Below are positions 9,605 through 18,321 of a stretch of DNA of 64,000 nucleotides, in pieces (positions within the stretch are counted from its first letter, which is position 1; the number at the start of each line of letters is the position of its first letter). Both the position numbers and the translations under genes were made by a program. The notes below the pieces were generated by a model, which worked only from the letters and a program-made list of their open reading frames with translations, made no database searches and was not told the DNA's origin. Origin of the DNA: Pseudomonadota bacterium (GTDB taxonomy: Bacteria > Myxococcota > JACRCW01 > JAFGSX01); the NCBI GenBank assembly GCA_043821645.1, contig JBDRCO010000046.1, positions 64,001 through 128,000 on the forward strand, in the 5' to 3' direction.

Positions 9605-9775
9605 GGGCGGGGTCTCCTGTCGCGCTGTCCTTGTATCACGTCGTGGCCCGCGCTGCCTCGCAGGCGACGGGAAGGGATGCTCGCGGTGACTCTCGCGACC
9701 TTGACTTGAACGGGTCTGGCCGCTACGGGTAAGCGCATCGCCTCTCAGGCGGCGTCCATCACAGGAGATCGCGCG

Positions 9776-10762
9776 ATGCATTTTCCCGACTACCGTCCTC
9801 GTCGCATGCGGCGAACCGAGACCCTGCGGCGCATGGTGCGCGAGACCCGGCTGTCCGCCGACAATCTGGTGCTGCCGCTGTTCGTGGTGCCCGGTCAGGG
9901 TGTGGAGCAGGCGGTGGCGTCGATGCCCGGCGTCCGTCGCGGCTCCCCCGACAAGGTTGCGGAGCAGGCCGCGACGGCCTTCGACGCGGGCGTGCCGGCG
10001 GTCATCCTGTTCGGTATCCCGGACCACAAGGATGCCCAGGGCAGCTCGGCCTGGGACGACGAGGGCGTCGTGCAGCAGGCCATCCGCCGCATCAAGAAGG
10101 TGCGGCCCGAGGGCGTGGTGATCACCGATGTGTGCATGTGTGAGTACACCGACCACGGCCATTGCGGGCAGATCACGCGCGGCCCGGGCGGCCAGCTCAT
10201 GGTCGACAACGATGCCACCCTCGAGCTGCTGGCGAACGAGGCCCTGAGCCACGCCAAGGCCGGCGCTGACATCGTGGCACCGTCGGACATGATGGACGGC
10301 CGGGTCGGTTTCCTGCGCGAGGCCCTCGACGAGAAGGGCTTCGACCAGGTGGCGATCATGGCGTATGCGGCCAAGTACGCCTCGGCCTTCTACGGCCCCT
10401 TTCGCGACGCTGCCGAGAGCGCGCCACAGGAGGGCGATCGCCGGGGCTATCAGATGGATCCCTGCAATGCCCTCGAGGCCATGCGCGAGATCGCGATGGA
10501 CATCGAGGAGGGCGCGGACCTGGTCATGGTCAAGCCGGCGCACACCTATCTGGACATCCTGTACGCCGCCCGGCAGGAATTTGACCACCCCCTGGCGGCG
10601 TACCACGTGTCGGGCGAGTACTCGATGATCTGCGCTGCGGCCGAGCGCGGCTGGCTGGACCTCGAGCGCGCCATGATGGAGGCTCTGTGCTCCATCCACC
10701 GCGCCGGTGCGGATCTGATCTTGACCTACTGGGCCGTGGAGGCGGCGAAGCGTCTGCGCTGA
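9776..10762 (+). CDS. hemB: Porphobilinogen synthase (ALA dehydratase)
   Basis: RPRRMR, DVCMCEYTDHGHCG Zn site, APSDMMDGR, YGPFRDAA, MVKPA and AAYHVSGEY. Confidence 0.98.
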   Translation: MHFPDYRPRRMRRTETLRRMVRETRLSADNLVLPLFVVPGQGVEQAVASMPGVRRGSPDKVAEQAATAFDAGVPAVILFGIPDHKDAQGSSAWDDEGVVQQAIRRIKKVRPEGVVITDVCMCEYTDHGHCGQITRGPGGQLMVDNDATLELLANEALSHAKAGADIVAPSDMMDGRVGFLREALDEKGFDQVAIMAYAAKYASAFYGPFRDAAESAPQEGDRRGYQMDPCNALEAMREIAMDIEEGADLVMVKPAHTYLDILYAARQEFDHPLAAYHVSGEYSMICAAAERGWLDLERAMMEALCSIHRAGADLILTYWAVEAAKRLR

Positions 10763-10780
10763 GGCCGAGGGTCCTGCCCC

Positions 10781-10984
10781 ATGATGTTCACGGAATTCAA
10801 GGTTGTCGAGTGCATGACCGTCACCGACGATATCCTGGAAGAGGTGCTCAACACCTGGTCGCGCAAGGGCTGGGTTTTTGACACCCTGAGCTTCGTGCCC
10901 AACGAGGGCAGCAAGCGACCCAAGATGGCCTTCGTGATCTTCACGCGGCAGGTCGAGGCGCCGGACGAAAAGGGGGCAGCGTGA
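10781..10984 (+). CDS. Small conserved-type protein (DUF4177-like)
   Basis: EFKVVE...LEEVLNTWSRKGW...VIFTR pattern, coupled to the next gene by a GTGA overlap. Confidence 0.7.
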   Translation: MMFTEFKVVECMTVTDDILEEVLNTWSRKGWVFDTLSFVPNEGSKRPKMAFVIFTRQVEAPDEKGAA

Positions 10985-11853
10985 ACGAGCGCGAGCCAGA
11001 GGGCGTCGAGCAGACCGCCGACGAGCGCCAGGCTCCGGAACAGGCGGCTTCCGAGGTGGGGAGCAGCGGGGACAGCCCCGGCACCGAGGTCCGCGCAACC
11101 GATGGCGGAGCCGCCGAGCCATCCGTCGAGCAGCCGGCCGCAGACGGTGAGGACGCGCCCACGGCCGGGGCCGAGCCAGACGATGTCGCCGAGACGGAAC
11201 AGGACAGCCAGCCCCTGCACCTGCGGGGCCCGAACGGACGCTTCGAGCTTGTCACCGCTGAGGATTTTGTCCGTCGCAGCACCGCGCTGGGTGACCGCAC
11301 AGCGGGTTTCAGCGACGAGGCCGGGGCGCCGGGCTCGGGTCCGGGCCAGGCGCGGCGCCCGCGGTCGCCCCGGTCGGCAGCGGATCCCAGCCGCGCGGAT
11401 CTGCGCCGCCGGGTGCTGGCGCGCGCCATCGACGTGGCGATCTTTGCCCTGCTCTCCGAGAGCATCACCTACGTCGGACCACTGGTGGCCCTGGTCTACC
11501 TGCTGCTGGCCGATGGCCTGTTCGACGGCGCGTCCGTGGGCAAGCGTCTCACCAAGCTGCAGGTGGTGCGGGGGCGCGACGGCAAACCCGCCAGCGTGTT
11601 CGACTCGCTGCTGCGAAACGCACCGCTCGGGATCGCGGGCCTGTTCGTGCTCATCCCGCTCATCGGCTGGGCGCTGTTCCTGACCCTTGGCATGGCCGTG
11701 GTGCTGTTCGAAGGCTACATGGTGTTCAATGATCCCAAGGGTGTACGTGCTGGCGATATCCTTGCCGGCACCCAGGTCCGGGACAGCGCGCCCGCGCTGA
11801 ACGCCTCGAGTCCCGGGGGGCCCCCACCGCTGCCAGGTTCCCGCGACGCCTGA
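10981..11853 (+). CDS. RDD-family membrane protein with a disordered acidic N-terminus
   Basis: RRVLARAID, GASVGKRL..LQVV, LLRN and RAGDILAGTQV motifs. Confidence 0.85.
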   Translation: MNEREPEGVEQTADERQAPEQAASEVGSSGDSPGTEVRATDGGAAEPSVEQPAADGEDAPTAGAEPDDVAETEQDSQPLHLRGPNGRFELVTAEDFVRRSTALGDRTAGFSDEAGAPGSGPGQARRPRSPRSAADPSRADLRRRVLARAIDVAIFALLSESITYVGPLVALVYLLLADGLFDGASVGKRLTKLQVVRGRDGKPASVFDSLLRNAPLGIAGLFVLIPLIGWALFLTLGMAVVLFEGYMVFNDPKGVRAGDILAGTQVRDSAPALNASSPGGPPPLPGSRDA

Positions 11854-11870
11854 TCACGAGCACGCGCAGG

Positions 11871-13175
11871 TCACGAACGGCCACCCGAGAGCACGGCGGC
11901 AGGGTCCTGCTGCGCGGCGCGGCGGGCGGGCCCGAGCCCACCCAGCCAGGCGGCGAGCAGGGCGGCGCCCAGCGGCAGTGCCACCACCCAGGGGTCCCAG
12001 GCCACCAGCCTCGTCAGCTCGAAGGGCGAGCCCGCGAGCTGCGCGCGGAGCATGTTCGATGCGGCCAGGGCGCCCCCCAGACCCGCGGCCTCGCCGAGGA
12101 GTCCGCCCAGCACGCCCACGATCAGGGCTTCTCCGGCGAGGAGCCAGCGGATCTGCCGCCGGGTCGCCCCCAGCGCGCGCAGCAGCGCGATCTCGCGACG
12201 CCGGATGCGCGCCCTGGCCTCGAAGGTCTGCGCGGTGTGCAGGGCCGCCACCACGAGGATGAGGGCGGCAATCAGCGACAGCAGTGCCGTCACACCCCGG
12301 ATCAGGGCACCGGCAACCCGCGCGCTGTCGTCGACACTGAGGCCCAGGGCATCGGCCTGGCGCACCACGGCGTCGACCTCGCGGGCGGACCGCGCCACCA
12401 CGTAGGCGGCGCTGTAGTGCACGGCGGTGCCCGACGCGAAGCGCTGGTTCCAGCGCTCCACCACAGCCAGGGGAAGGGTGATGCCGGCGAGCGGGACCTT
12501 GCCGGAGAGGCCCGCGACGCGTGCGATCACGCGATGGCGCGTTCCTCGTCGACCCGAGGCGTAGCTCTCGCCGAGAAACAGCTCGAACTCGAAGCCCTGG
12601 GCCACCTCCGCGGTGAGGCGCGGCGCGCCTATCGCGGGTGCCACGGTGCGGTTGTAAATCTGAAGCAGCTGCGTCGAGGCCAGCACCGGCACGGTCTCGA
12701 CGGCCCCCTCCGCGGGCGGGCCGCGATCGGCGAAGCGATCCTTGGGAACCTCGTCGGCGACGAAAGCCGGGTCCACGCCCACCGCAAACATGTCCATGTA
12801 GACGGTGCGCCCGAGGAAGTTCTGACCACCCTGGGCGCGCATGGGGAACTGCGCCGGGGTCAGGGGGTACACCGCCTGCACGCCCTCGATCCGTCGCAGG
12901 GCCTGTACCGCTGGCTCGTCCAGCGCCGGGGCCAGCAGGCTGCCGGCACCGAGTCGCAGCGGACCCAGGGCGACGCCAGCGCGGGGCTCGACCTTGACCA
13001 CGTTGACCGGCAGTCGCACCAGCAGATCGTCCAGCACGGCTCTCTCGACCCCGCGACCGAGAGACAGGAAGAAGGTGAGGGCCGCCACACCGGCTGCCAC
13101 GCCCAGGGTCGCGAGCACCACCTCGCGGCGGTCGCGCCGCAGATCGTCAAGAATGGCGCGCAGCACCGGCATCAT
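11871..13175 (-). CDS. ABC transporter permease, MacB/FtsX family
   Basis: N-terminal TM, large periplasmic domain, RRREIALLRALGA motif, three C-terminal TMs. Confidence 0.9.
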   Translation of the reverse strand: MMPVLRAILDDLRRDRREVVLATLGVAAGVAALTFFLSLGRGVERAVLDDLLVRLPVNVVKVEPRAGVALGPLRLGAGSLLAPALDEPAVQALRRIEGVQAVYPLTPAQFPMRAQGGQNFLGRTVYMDMFAVGVDPAFVADEVPKDRFADRGPPAEGAVETVPVLASTQLLQIYNRTVAPAIGAPRLTAEVAQGFEFELFLGESYASGRRGTRHRVIARVAGLSGKVPLAGITLPLAVVERWNQRFASGTAVHYSAAYVVARSAREVDAVVRQADALGLSVDDSARVAGALIRGVTALLSLIAALILVVAALHTAQTFEARARIRRREIALLRALGATRRQIRWLLAGEALIVGVLGGLLGEAAGLGGALAASNMLRAQLAGSPFELTRLVAWDPWVVALPLGAALLAAWLGGLGPARRAAQQDPAAVLSGGRS

Positions 13176-13867
13176 GGCGTCGCCACCTCGCGATTCTCGA
13201 TCTCGGTCAGGCGCCCCTGGTGCAGGCGCAGGCACCGATCGGCGGCCCGGGCGAGCGACGGATCGTGAGTGGCCACCAGCACCACCGTGCCTTCGGTCGA
13301 CGCGGTCTCGCGCAGCAGCTCGAGGAGGCGCGCTCCGGTCTCACCATCCAGGTTGCCCGTGGGCTCGTCGGCGAGGAGCACCCGCGGCTGCCTCAGCAGG
13401 GCGCGCGCCAGGGCCACACGCTGGCGCTCGCCGCCGGACAGTGAACTTGGCGCATCGGCGGTCCGCGATTGAAGCCCCACGCGTTCGAGCAGGTGCAGGG
13501 CGTGTTCGCGCAGGCGCTGGCGCACCGCTGTGTCGTCAAAGCGGCCGGCGAGCAGCACGTTGTCCAGGGCGCTGAGGTGGTCGAGCAGGTGAAAGTCCTG
13601 GAACATGAAGCCCACGGTGTCTCGCCGGTAGCGGGCCAGCTCGGGCTCGGTGCGATCGCGCAGGGCCACACCCGCGACCTCGACCTCGCCGCTGAAGGCG
13701 CTGTCGAGACCGCCCAGGATGTGCAGCAGGGTGGTCTTGCCCGCACCCGAGGTGCCGAGCACCGCGCACAGCGTGCCCGCCACCACGTCGAGGAACACCC
13801 CATCGAGGACGTCGCGCGGCGCGCCGTCGCGCGTGTAGTGCTTGCGCAGTTCGCGCAGACGGATCAC
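13172..13867 (-). CDS. ABC transporter ATP-binding protein (LolD/MacB-like)
   Basis: GTSGAGKTT, LSGGERQR, LLADEPTGNLD and ATHD. Confidence 0.95.
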   Translation of the reverse strand: MIRLRELRKHYTRDGAPRDVLDGVFLDVVAGTLCAVLGTSGAGKTTLLHILGGLDSAFSGEVEVAGVALRDRTEPELARYRRDTVGFMFQDFHLLDHLSALDNVLLAGRFDDTAVRQRLREHALHLLERVGLQSRTADAPSSLSGGERQRVALARALLRQPRVLLADEPTGNLDGETGARLLELLRETASTEGTVVLVATHDPSLARAADRCLRLHQGRLTEIENREVATP

Positions 13868-15504
13868 GGAGTGGTTCTCGGCTCGGATGGCGCCTCCACG
13901 CGCAGCCGGAGCCGCAGCTGATCGCCCTCGATCTGCAGGTGCGCCGCGAGCTGTCCGAGGGCCGCCAGGGGGCCGGCAGCCTTGACCAGGGTCGAGCGCA
14001 GCGCAGGATCGGGGAACTCCGGCATGTCGCTGAGCTGGCGCAGGCGGTCCGCGAGGGCGCGGAAGGACAGGTAGAGGCGGCCGCCACGTTCGGCTTCGAG
14101 CAGCTCGCGAAGTCCCTCGGATAGCCCCTCGCGCAGTCCGCCCCCGGCCGTGCCAGCCCGGCGCTGGACCCAGGCGTCGAAGCGTTCGGCCGGCGCGTTG
14201 CCCACCAGCAAGTGGTGCTCGCGCACGGCATAGTGAAAGTCCTGATGGCTGCCGTCGCTTCCCGCCATGCTGGCGGTGTGCACCTCGCCACCGGCGACGC
14301 TGCGTGCGCTTGGCTCCAGCTGCCGCTCGCGAAAGTAGGTATCGAGCGTGGCCAGTGCTCCGTCGCTGCCCTGGGGTGTCAGCTCGGCCACAGCCTCGAC
14401 CTGGAGCACGCGTCCGAGGACCTGTCCGATGCGTCGCGCCGAACCGAGGTGGCGGAGCAGGGGTGCCGGATCCTCGAGATACAGCACCACGCCCAGCCCA
14501 CCGGCCAGCCGACCCAGCACATCGCGGTTGAGATCCAGGCCGACCGAGCGCGCCAAGGCGTCGAGATCTCCGCGCCCGCGCTCCGCCTCGAGGCGTTGCA
14601 GCATCCGCGGGACGTCCGCGCTGCCGGCGGCAAGCAGCACGGCCTCCGCGCTCGCGCTGCGCAACAGGTCAGGAGGCTTCACCTGCGAGGCGAGCAAGGC
14701 CTGGGACTCCTTTGCCGCCTCGGGCCGGAGCCGCGCGCGTGCCTCCAGCCACAGCGCACCCTTGTCGACACCGAGACTGGCCACCGCGCCAGACACCTGC
14801 TTGGCCACCGCCTGCAGCTGTGCAGGAGCCGTGTTCTGGTCGCCGATCTGCGTCCACAGCAGCACCGCACCCTGACGCACCAGGGCGCGGTCTTCGGCAA
14901 AGGCCGCACTGCGCGCCAGGCTCTGCGCGGGCTGGGTCGCCAGGACCCGGCCCAGGGCCTCGCTGCCGGCATCGCCATTGGCCGCCAGCACCAGCTTCGA
15001 CGCCGGGTCGAGCACCAGCAGACCAAGCACCACCTCGCGATCGCCGAAGCTGCGTGCCAGGCGCAGGCCCGAACGCCCTGCCACCTGCACCTGGGTGACC
15101 TTGTCCGCACGCCACAGCTTCGTGGCCAGACCGCGGGCGTTCTCGAGCACGCGCGGCCCGTCGAGCATGGGCAACAGCCACACGGGCTCGCCGGCAACGG
15201 CCACCAGCGCGGCAGGGCGCGCGGGATCCAGGCCGGCCTGCTGCCAGCCCTCGACGGTGGTCGGGTCGAAACCGAGCGCCTGCTTGAGATCCTCGACCGC
15301 CTGCGCTCCCTCGGGCTGGCTCTGGGTCAGGTTCATGCCGCCGCGCAAGGCCACCGCCACGGCACCGAGCGGCTGCAACAGCACCACGGCACTGGCGTCG
15401 CCAGGAATGCTGTCCAGCAGCGAGGCCTCCGAGCGTGCGCAGCGCTGGCAGCCCGCGCTCCCCAGGACAAGCAGCACCAGCAAGGCTCGCCGTGCGCGCT
15501 TCAT
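13864..15504 (-). CDS. Putative lipoprotein (DUF3352-like)
   Basis: Lipobox SAGC, AGGAG RBS, coupled to the ABC ATPase. Confidence 0.7.
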   Translation of the reverse strand: MKRARRALLVLLVLGSAGCQRCARSEASLLDSIPGDASAVVLLQPLGAVAVALRGGMNLTQSQPEGAQAVEDLKQALGFDPTTVEGWQQAGLDPARPAALVAVAGEPVWLLPMLDGPRVLENARGLATKLWRADKVTQVQVAGRSGLRLARSFGDREVVLGLLVLDPASKLVLAANGDAGSEALGRVLATQPAQSLARSAAFAEDRALVRQGAVLLWTQIGDQNTAPAQLQAVAKQVSGAVASLGVDKGALWLEARARLRPEAAKESQALLASQVKPPDLLRSASAEAVLLAAGSADVPRMLQRLEAERGRGDLDALARSVGLDLNRDVLGRLAGGLGVVLYLEDPAPLLRHLGSARRIGQVLGRVLQVEAVAELTPQGSDGALATLDTYFRERQLEPSARSVAGGEVHTASMAGSDGSHQDFHYAVREHHLLVGNAPAERFDAWVQRRAGTAGGGLREGLSEGLRELLEAERGGRLYLSFRALADRLRQLSDMPEFPDPALRSTLVKAAGPLAALGQLAAHLQIEGDQLRLRLRVEAPSEPRTTP

Positions 15505-15540
15505 GTCGGATCTCCTCGACGGGACCTCAGGCCCGTGGTG

Positions 15541-16086
15541 TCAGGTCAGCAGCACGCCCTCTCGCGCCAGCAGCTGCACCTTGAGCTCGGTGCCCCCGGC
15601 AAAGCCGGTGAGTCCGCCGCTGTGTCCGACGACGCGGTGACATGGGATCAGGATGGGCAGGGGATTGGCGCTGCAGGCCTGGCCAACCGCGCGACTCGCC
15701 TGCGGCCGTCCGACCTCCTGCGCGACGTCCTGGTAGCTGCGCGTCTCGCCCCGCGGGATGCGGCCAATGGTGCTGAGCACCGCGCGCTCGAACTCGGTGA
15801 CGTCCATGTCCGTGGCCGGAAGCTCCACATCTCGACCCGCCAGGGCAAGCTCCAGGGCCTCCAGTGCAGGTTCCAGCCAGGGGGTCGGACCTCGCACGTG
15901 CACCATCTCGAGGTTGGCGTGGCGTTTCAGGAAGGGTGTGAGGACCTGCTCCACTGTGCCGCCCGGGAGCTGCAGGCGCGCCACCCCCCGCGCGGTGGCC
16001 GCCAGGATGATGGTCCCCAGTGCCGTCGAGTGCGTCAACACCTCGACCCGCAGCGGCTTGAGCACGGCCAGAAGGGAATCGTTCAT
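15541..16086 (-). CDS. ogt: Methylated-DNA--protein-cysteine methyltransferase
   Basis: IPRGETRSY, ASRAVGQAC..NPLPILIPCHRVV active site. Confidence 0.93.
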   Translation of the reverse strand: MNDSLLAVLKPLRVEVLTHSTALGTIILAATARGVARLQLPGGTVEQVLTPFLKRHANLEMVHVRGPTPWLEPALEALELALAGRDVELPATDMDVTEFERAVLSTIGRIPRGETRSYQDVAQEVGRPQASRAVGQACSANPLPILIPCHRVVGHSGGLTGFAGGTELKVQLLAREGVLLT

Positions 16087-16090
16087 CGGT

Positions 16091-16897
16091 TCACTCGCGA
16101 AATTGGACCAGCAGGGCCGTGATGTTGTCGTCCCCACCGCGACCGTTGGCGTACTTGATCATGACCTGCAGCACCTTGTCGAGCCGCTGGCGTGCGTCGT
16201 CAAGACTCCCATCGGGCAACCCGCTGCTCTGCACCAGGGGCTGCATCAGCTCGAACAGCTTGCGATCCGAGGCCTTGTCCGTGAGACCGTCCGAGCACAG
16301 CAGGAACAGGTCCTCGTTCTTGATCCGCAGCGTCGTGACGTCGGGCTCGACGTCGGGGGTGGAACCCATGGCGCGGGTGATGATGTTGCGCTCGGTGTGA
16401 CGATAGGCCGTATCCGGATCGAGCTGCCCGCCGTCGATGAGTTCGTTGACGTAGCTGTGATCGCGCGTCACCTGGCTGAGCTTGTCGCCGCGCAGCAGGT
16501 AGCAGCGGCTATCTCCGACGTGGGCAAGGTGGAGGTCGCGGCCGTGGCCCAGGATGGCGACGGCGGTGCTGCCCATGCCTGCAAGGGCCGGGTTGTGCAC
16601 GGCGGTATCGTAGACCTCCCGGTTGGCGGCGCGAATGGCGACATAGAGGCGGTTGGCTTCGGGCGTCAGATCGGCGCGCGGCGCGAAGGGGAGCGGCGCG
16701 GTGGTGCCGGCGCGGGTCGTGGTGATGAACTGGTCCATGCACTCGACCACCAGGCGACTGGCCAGCTCGCCACCCGCATGGCCCCCCATGCCGTCGGCGA
16801 CGACGAAGAACAGTTCGGCCGGGTTGGCCTTGAAGTTGTCCTCATTGATCTGTCGCTTGATACCGACGTCGGAGCGACAGGCCCAGATCGCACGCAT
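16091..16897 (-). CDS. PP2C-family Ser/Thr protein phosphatase (Stp1/PrpC-like)
   Basis: RQINED, VADGMGGH, HVGDSRCY, LCSDGL and GGDDNIT. Confidence 0.95.
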   Translation of the reverse strand: MRAIWACRSDVGIKRQINEDNFKANPAELFFVVADGMGGHAGGELASRLVVECMDQFITTTRAGTTAPLPFAPRADLTPEANRLYVAIRAANREVYDTAVHNPALAGMGSTAVAILGHGRDLHLAHVGDSRCYLLRGDKLSQVTRDHSYVNELIDGGQLDPDTAYRHTERNIITRAMGSTPDVEPDVTTLRIKNEDLFLLCSDGLTDKASDRKLFELMQPLVQSSGLPDGSLDDARQRLDKVLQVMIKYANGRGGDDNITALLVQFRE

Positions 16898-16958
16898 GGG
16901 CCGAGTCTAGCTCGATTCAAGGTGGAAGGGTCGACCTGTGTGTCGGACCCGGGGCCGG

Positions 16959-17429
16959 TCACTGGACCTGAATAGGGATCTCCAGCGTGCCATGACCCGA
17001 GGCCACGGTCTCGAGCTGCTCCAGGGTCATCAGATGGTCCGCGCGGCCTCCGGTGATCTGGACCACGGTGCCGGACACGAACACGGTCTGCGTGCCGAAG
17101 GTGATGAAGGAGCCGCAGAAGCTCAAGCACAGGTCGAGAAAGGTCCAGGTGACCTTGTAGTGCAGGTCTCGCACTCCATTGCCGCCCATCTCGCGCACCT
17201 TCTCGAGGATGGCGCGGGCGACCTTCTCGTCGCTGCCCTTGGCGTAACCCCACAGCCAGTACTGCTCGCCCACCTCGATCTCGAAGGTGCCGACCTCGCG
17301 GTAGGCCAGGCTGCCCTCGCCGACCAGGGCGCCGGGCAGGGTGGTGTAGCTCATGTGATTGCAGCCGCTGGTCGCCAGCAGGGCGAGCACGAGGGCAACC
17401 GGGAGGGTGAAGCGGTGAAGGTGTCGCAT
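16959..17429 (-). CDS. Putative lipoprotein (Bor-like)
   Basis: Lipobox TSGC; QYWLWG and TFLDLCLSF..FITFG motifs. Confidence 0.65.
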   Translation of the reverse strand: MRHLHRFTLPVALVLALLATSGCNHMSYTTLPGALVGEGSLAYREVGTFEIEVGEQYWLWGYAKGSDEKVARAILEKVREMGGNGVRDLHYKVTWTFLDLCLSFCGSFITFGTQTVFVSGTVVQITGGRADHLMTLEQLETVASGHGTLEIPIQVQ

Positions 17430-18148
17430 CAGTAGCTCCCTCCGCTCGAGGGCGCCAGGGGGGCGTCAGGCTGCGAAGGCACGGGGCCTGTTGGTGTCGG
17501 ACCCGGAGGGGGTGCCACAGGTGTTGGTGGGATCGCTGGCGACGGCGGAGCCACCGGCGAAGGGAGGGCCTGCGGGGAGGCCGGGGCGCGCTCGACGTAG
17601 GCAATCACCTCGGTGGTGCGGGTGGGGACCAGGGACAGCAGACCGACGATGCCTGTCCACGAGAACAGCTGCGCCACCACGGCCCGGCCGAAGTCGATGA
17701 GATCCATGCCCGAGGTCACGCGAACGTTGGTGATGCGCGTGCCGGGAGTGGCCAGCTCGGCCTTGAGATCCGTGGTGACCGCCGCGGGATCCGCCAGGAT
17801 GGGGAACAGCCCGATGATGAACCACTGGCGCAGCACGCGGCGGTAGATCTCGGCGTCGGCGGGCTTGGCTGGGGTGGCCCACTCGCCGACCTTCGCCTGC
17901 GTGGGCTTCACGTACTCGCCCTGGGTGGGCTGGTCCGTCGCCTCGGTCAACACGAAGCCCTCGAAGTACGAGTCATCCATGTCACCGAAGGCGGGCCGCT
18001 TGGGCTCGACCGGCGCGTCCTGCGGCTTGGCGAGCTCCGCGCGCATGTCCAGCACACCGGGCATGGTCGTCTCGAAGGTCATGCAGCCGAACAGCAGGCT
18101 GAGGCTGCTGCCGAGGACTGCCACCTGCACCAAACTGCGCCTGCGCAT
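17429..18148 (-). CDS. Putative lipoprotein (Bor-like) with a Pro-rich tail
   Basis: AGGAGG RBS, lipobox LFGC, QWFIIGLFP motif, TGATG coupling to the next gene. Confidence 0.65.
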   Translation of the reverse strand: MRRRSLVQVAVLGSSLSLLFGCMTFETTMPGVLDMRAELAKPQDAPVEPKRPAFGDMDDSYFEGFVLTEATDQPTQGEYVKPTQAKVGEWATPAKPADAEIYRRVLRQWFIIGLFPILADPAAVTTDLKAELATPGTRITNVRVTSGMDLIDFGRAVVAQLFSWTGIVGLLSLVPTRTTEVIAYVERAPASPQALPSPVAPPSPAIPPTPVAPPPGPTPTGPVPSQPDAPLAPSSGGSY

Positions 18149-18321
18149 GGTCCATGCCTCCTTGTCACGGGCAGCACACGCCCGCTGGCGGCGCATCATC
18201 CGCGCCGGCTGTGATCCAAGGCAAGCGAAAACACTCCGAGCGTGATACCTCGAATGACGACGGGGCTGTCAGGGTCTCGCCAGCGCGCTAGGATGTTCAG
18301 ACTTCGTTGCGGGAGGGCCGC

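Noticed and set aside
10760-10783. hemB TGA in frame with the next gene (possible Sec readthrough)
   Set aside because: HemB is already full length, this is not a catalytic Cys position, and there is no SECIS-like stem.
15502-15543. ogt TGA in frame with the lipoprotein gene and followed by a hairpin
   Set aside because: Ogt is complete and the downstream gene has its own RBS and signal peptide.
18149-18321. tRNA-Sec next to selB
   Set aside because: No cloverleaf or TCA anticodon arm found here or in the other intergenic gaps.
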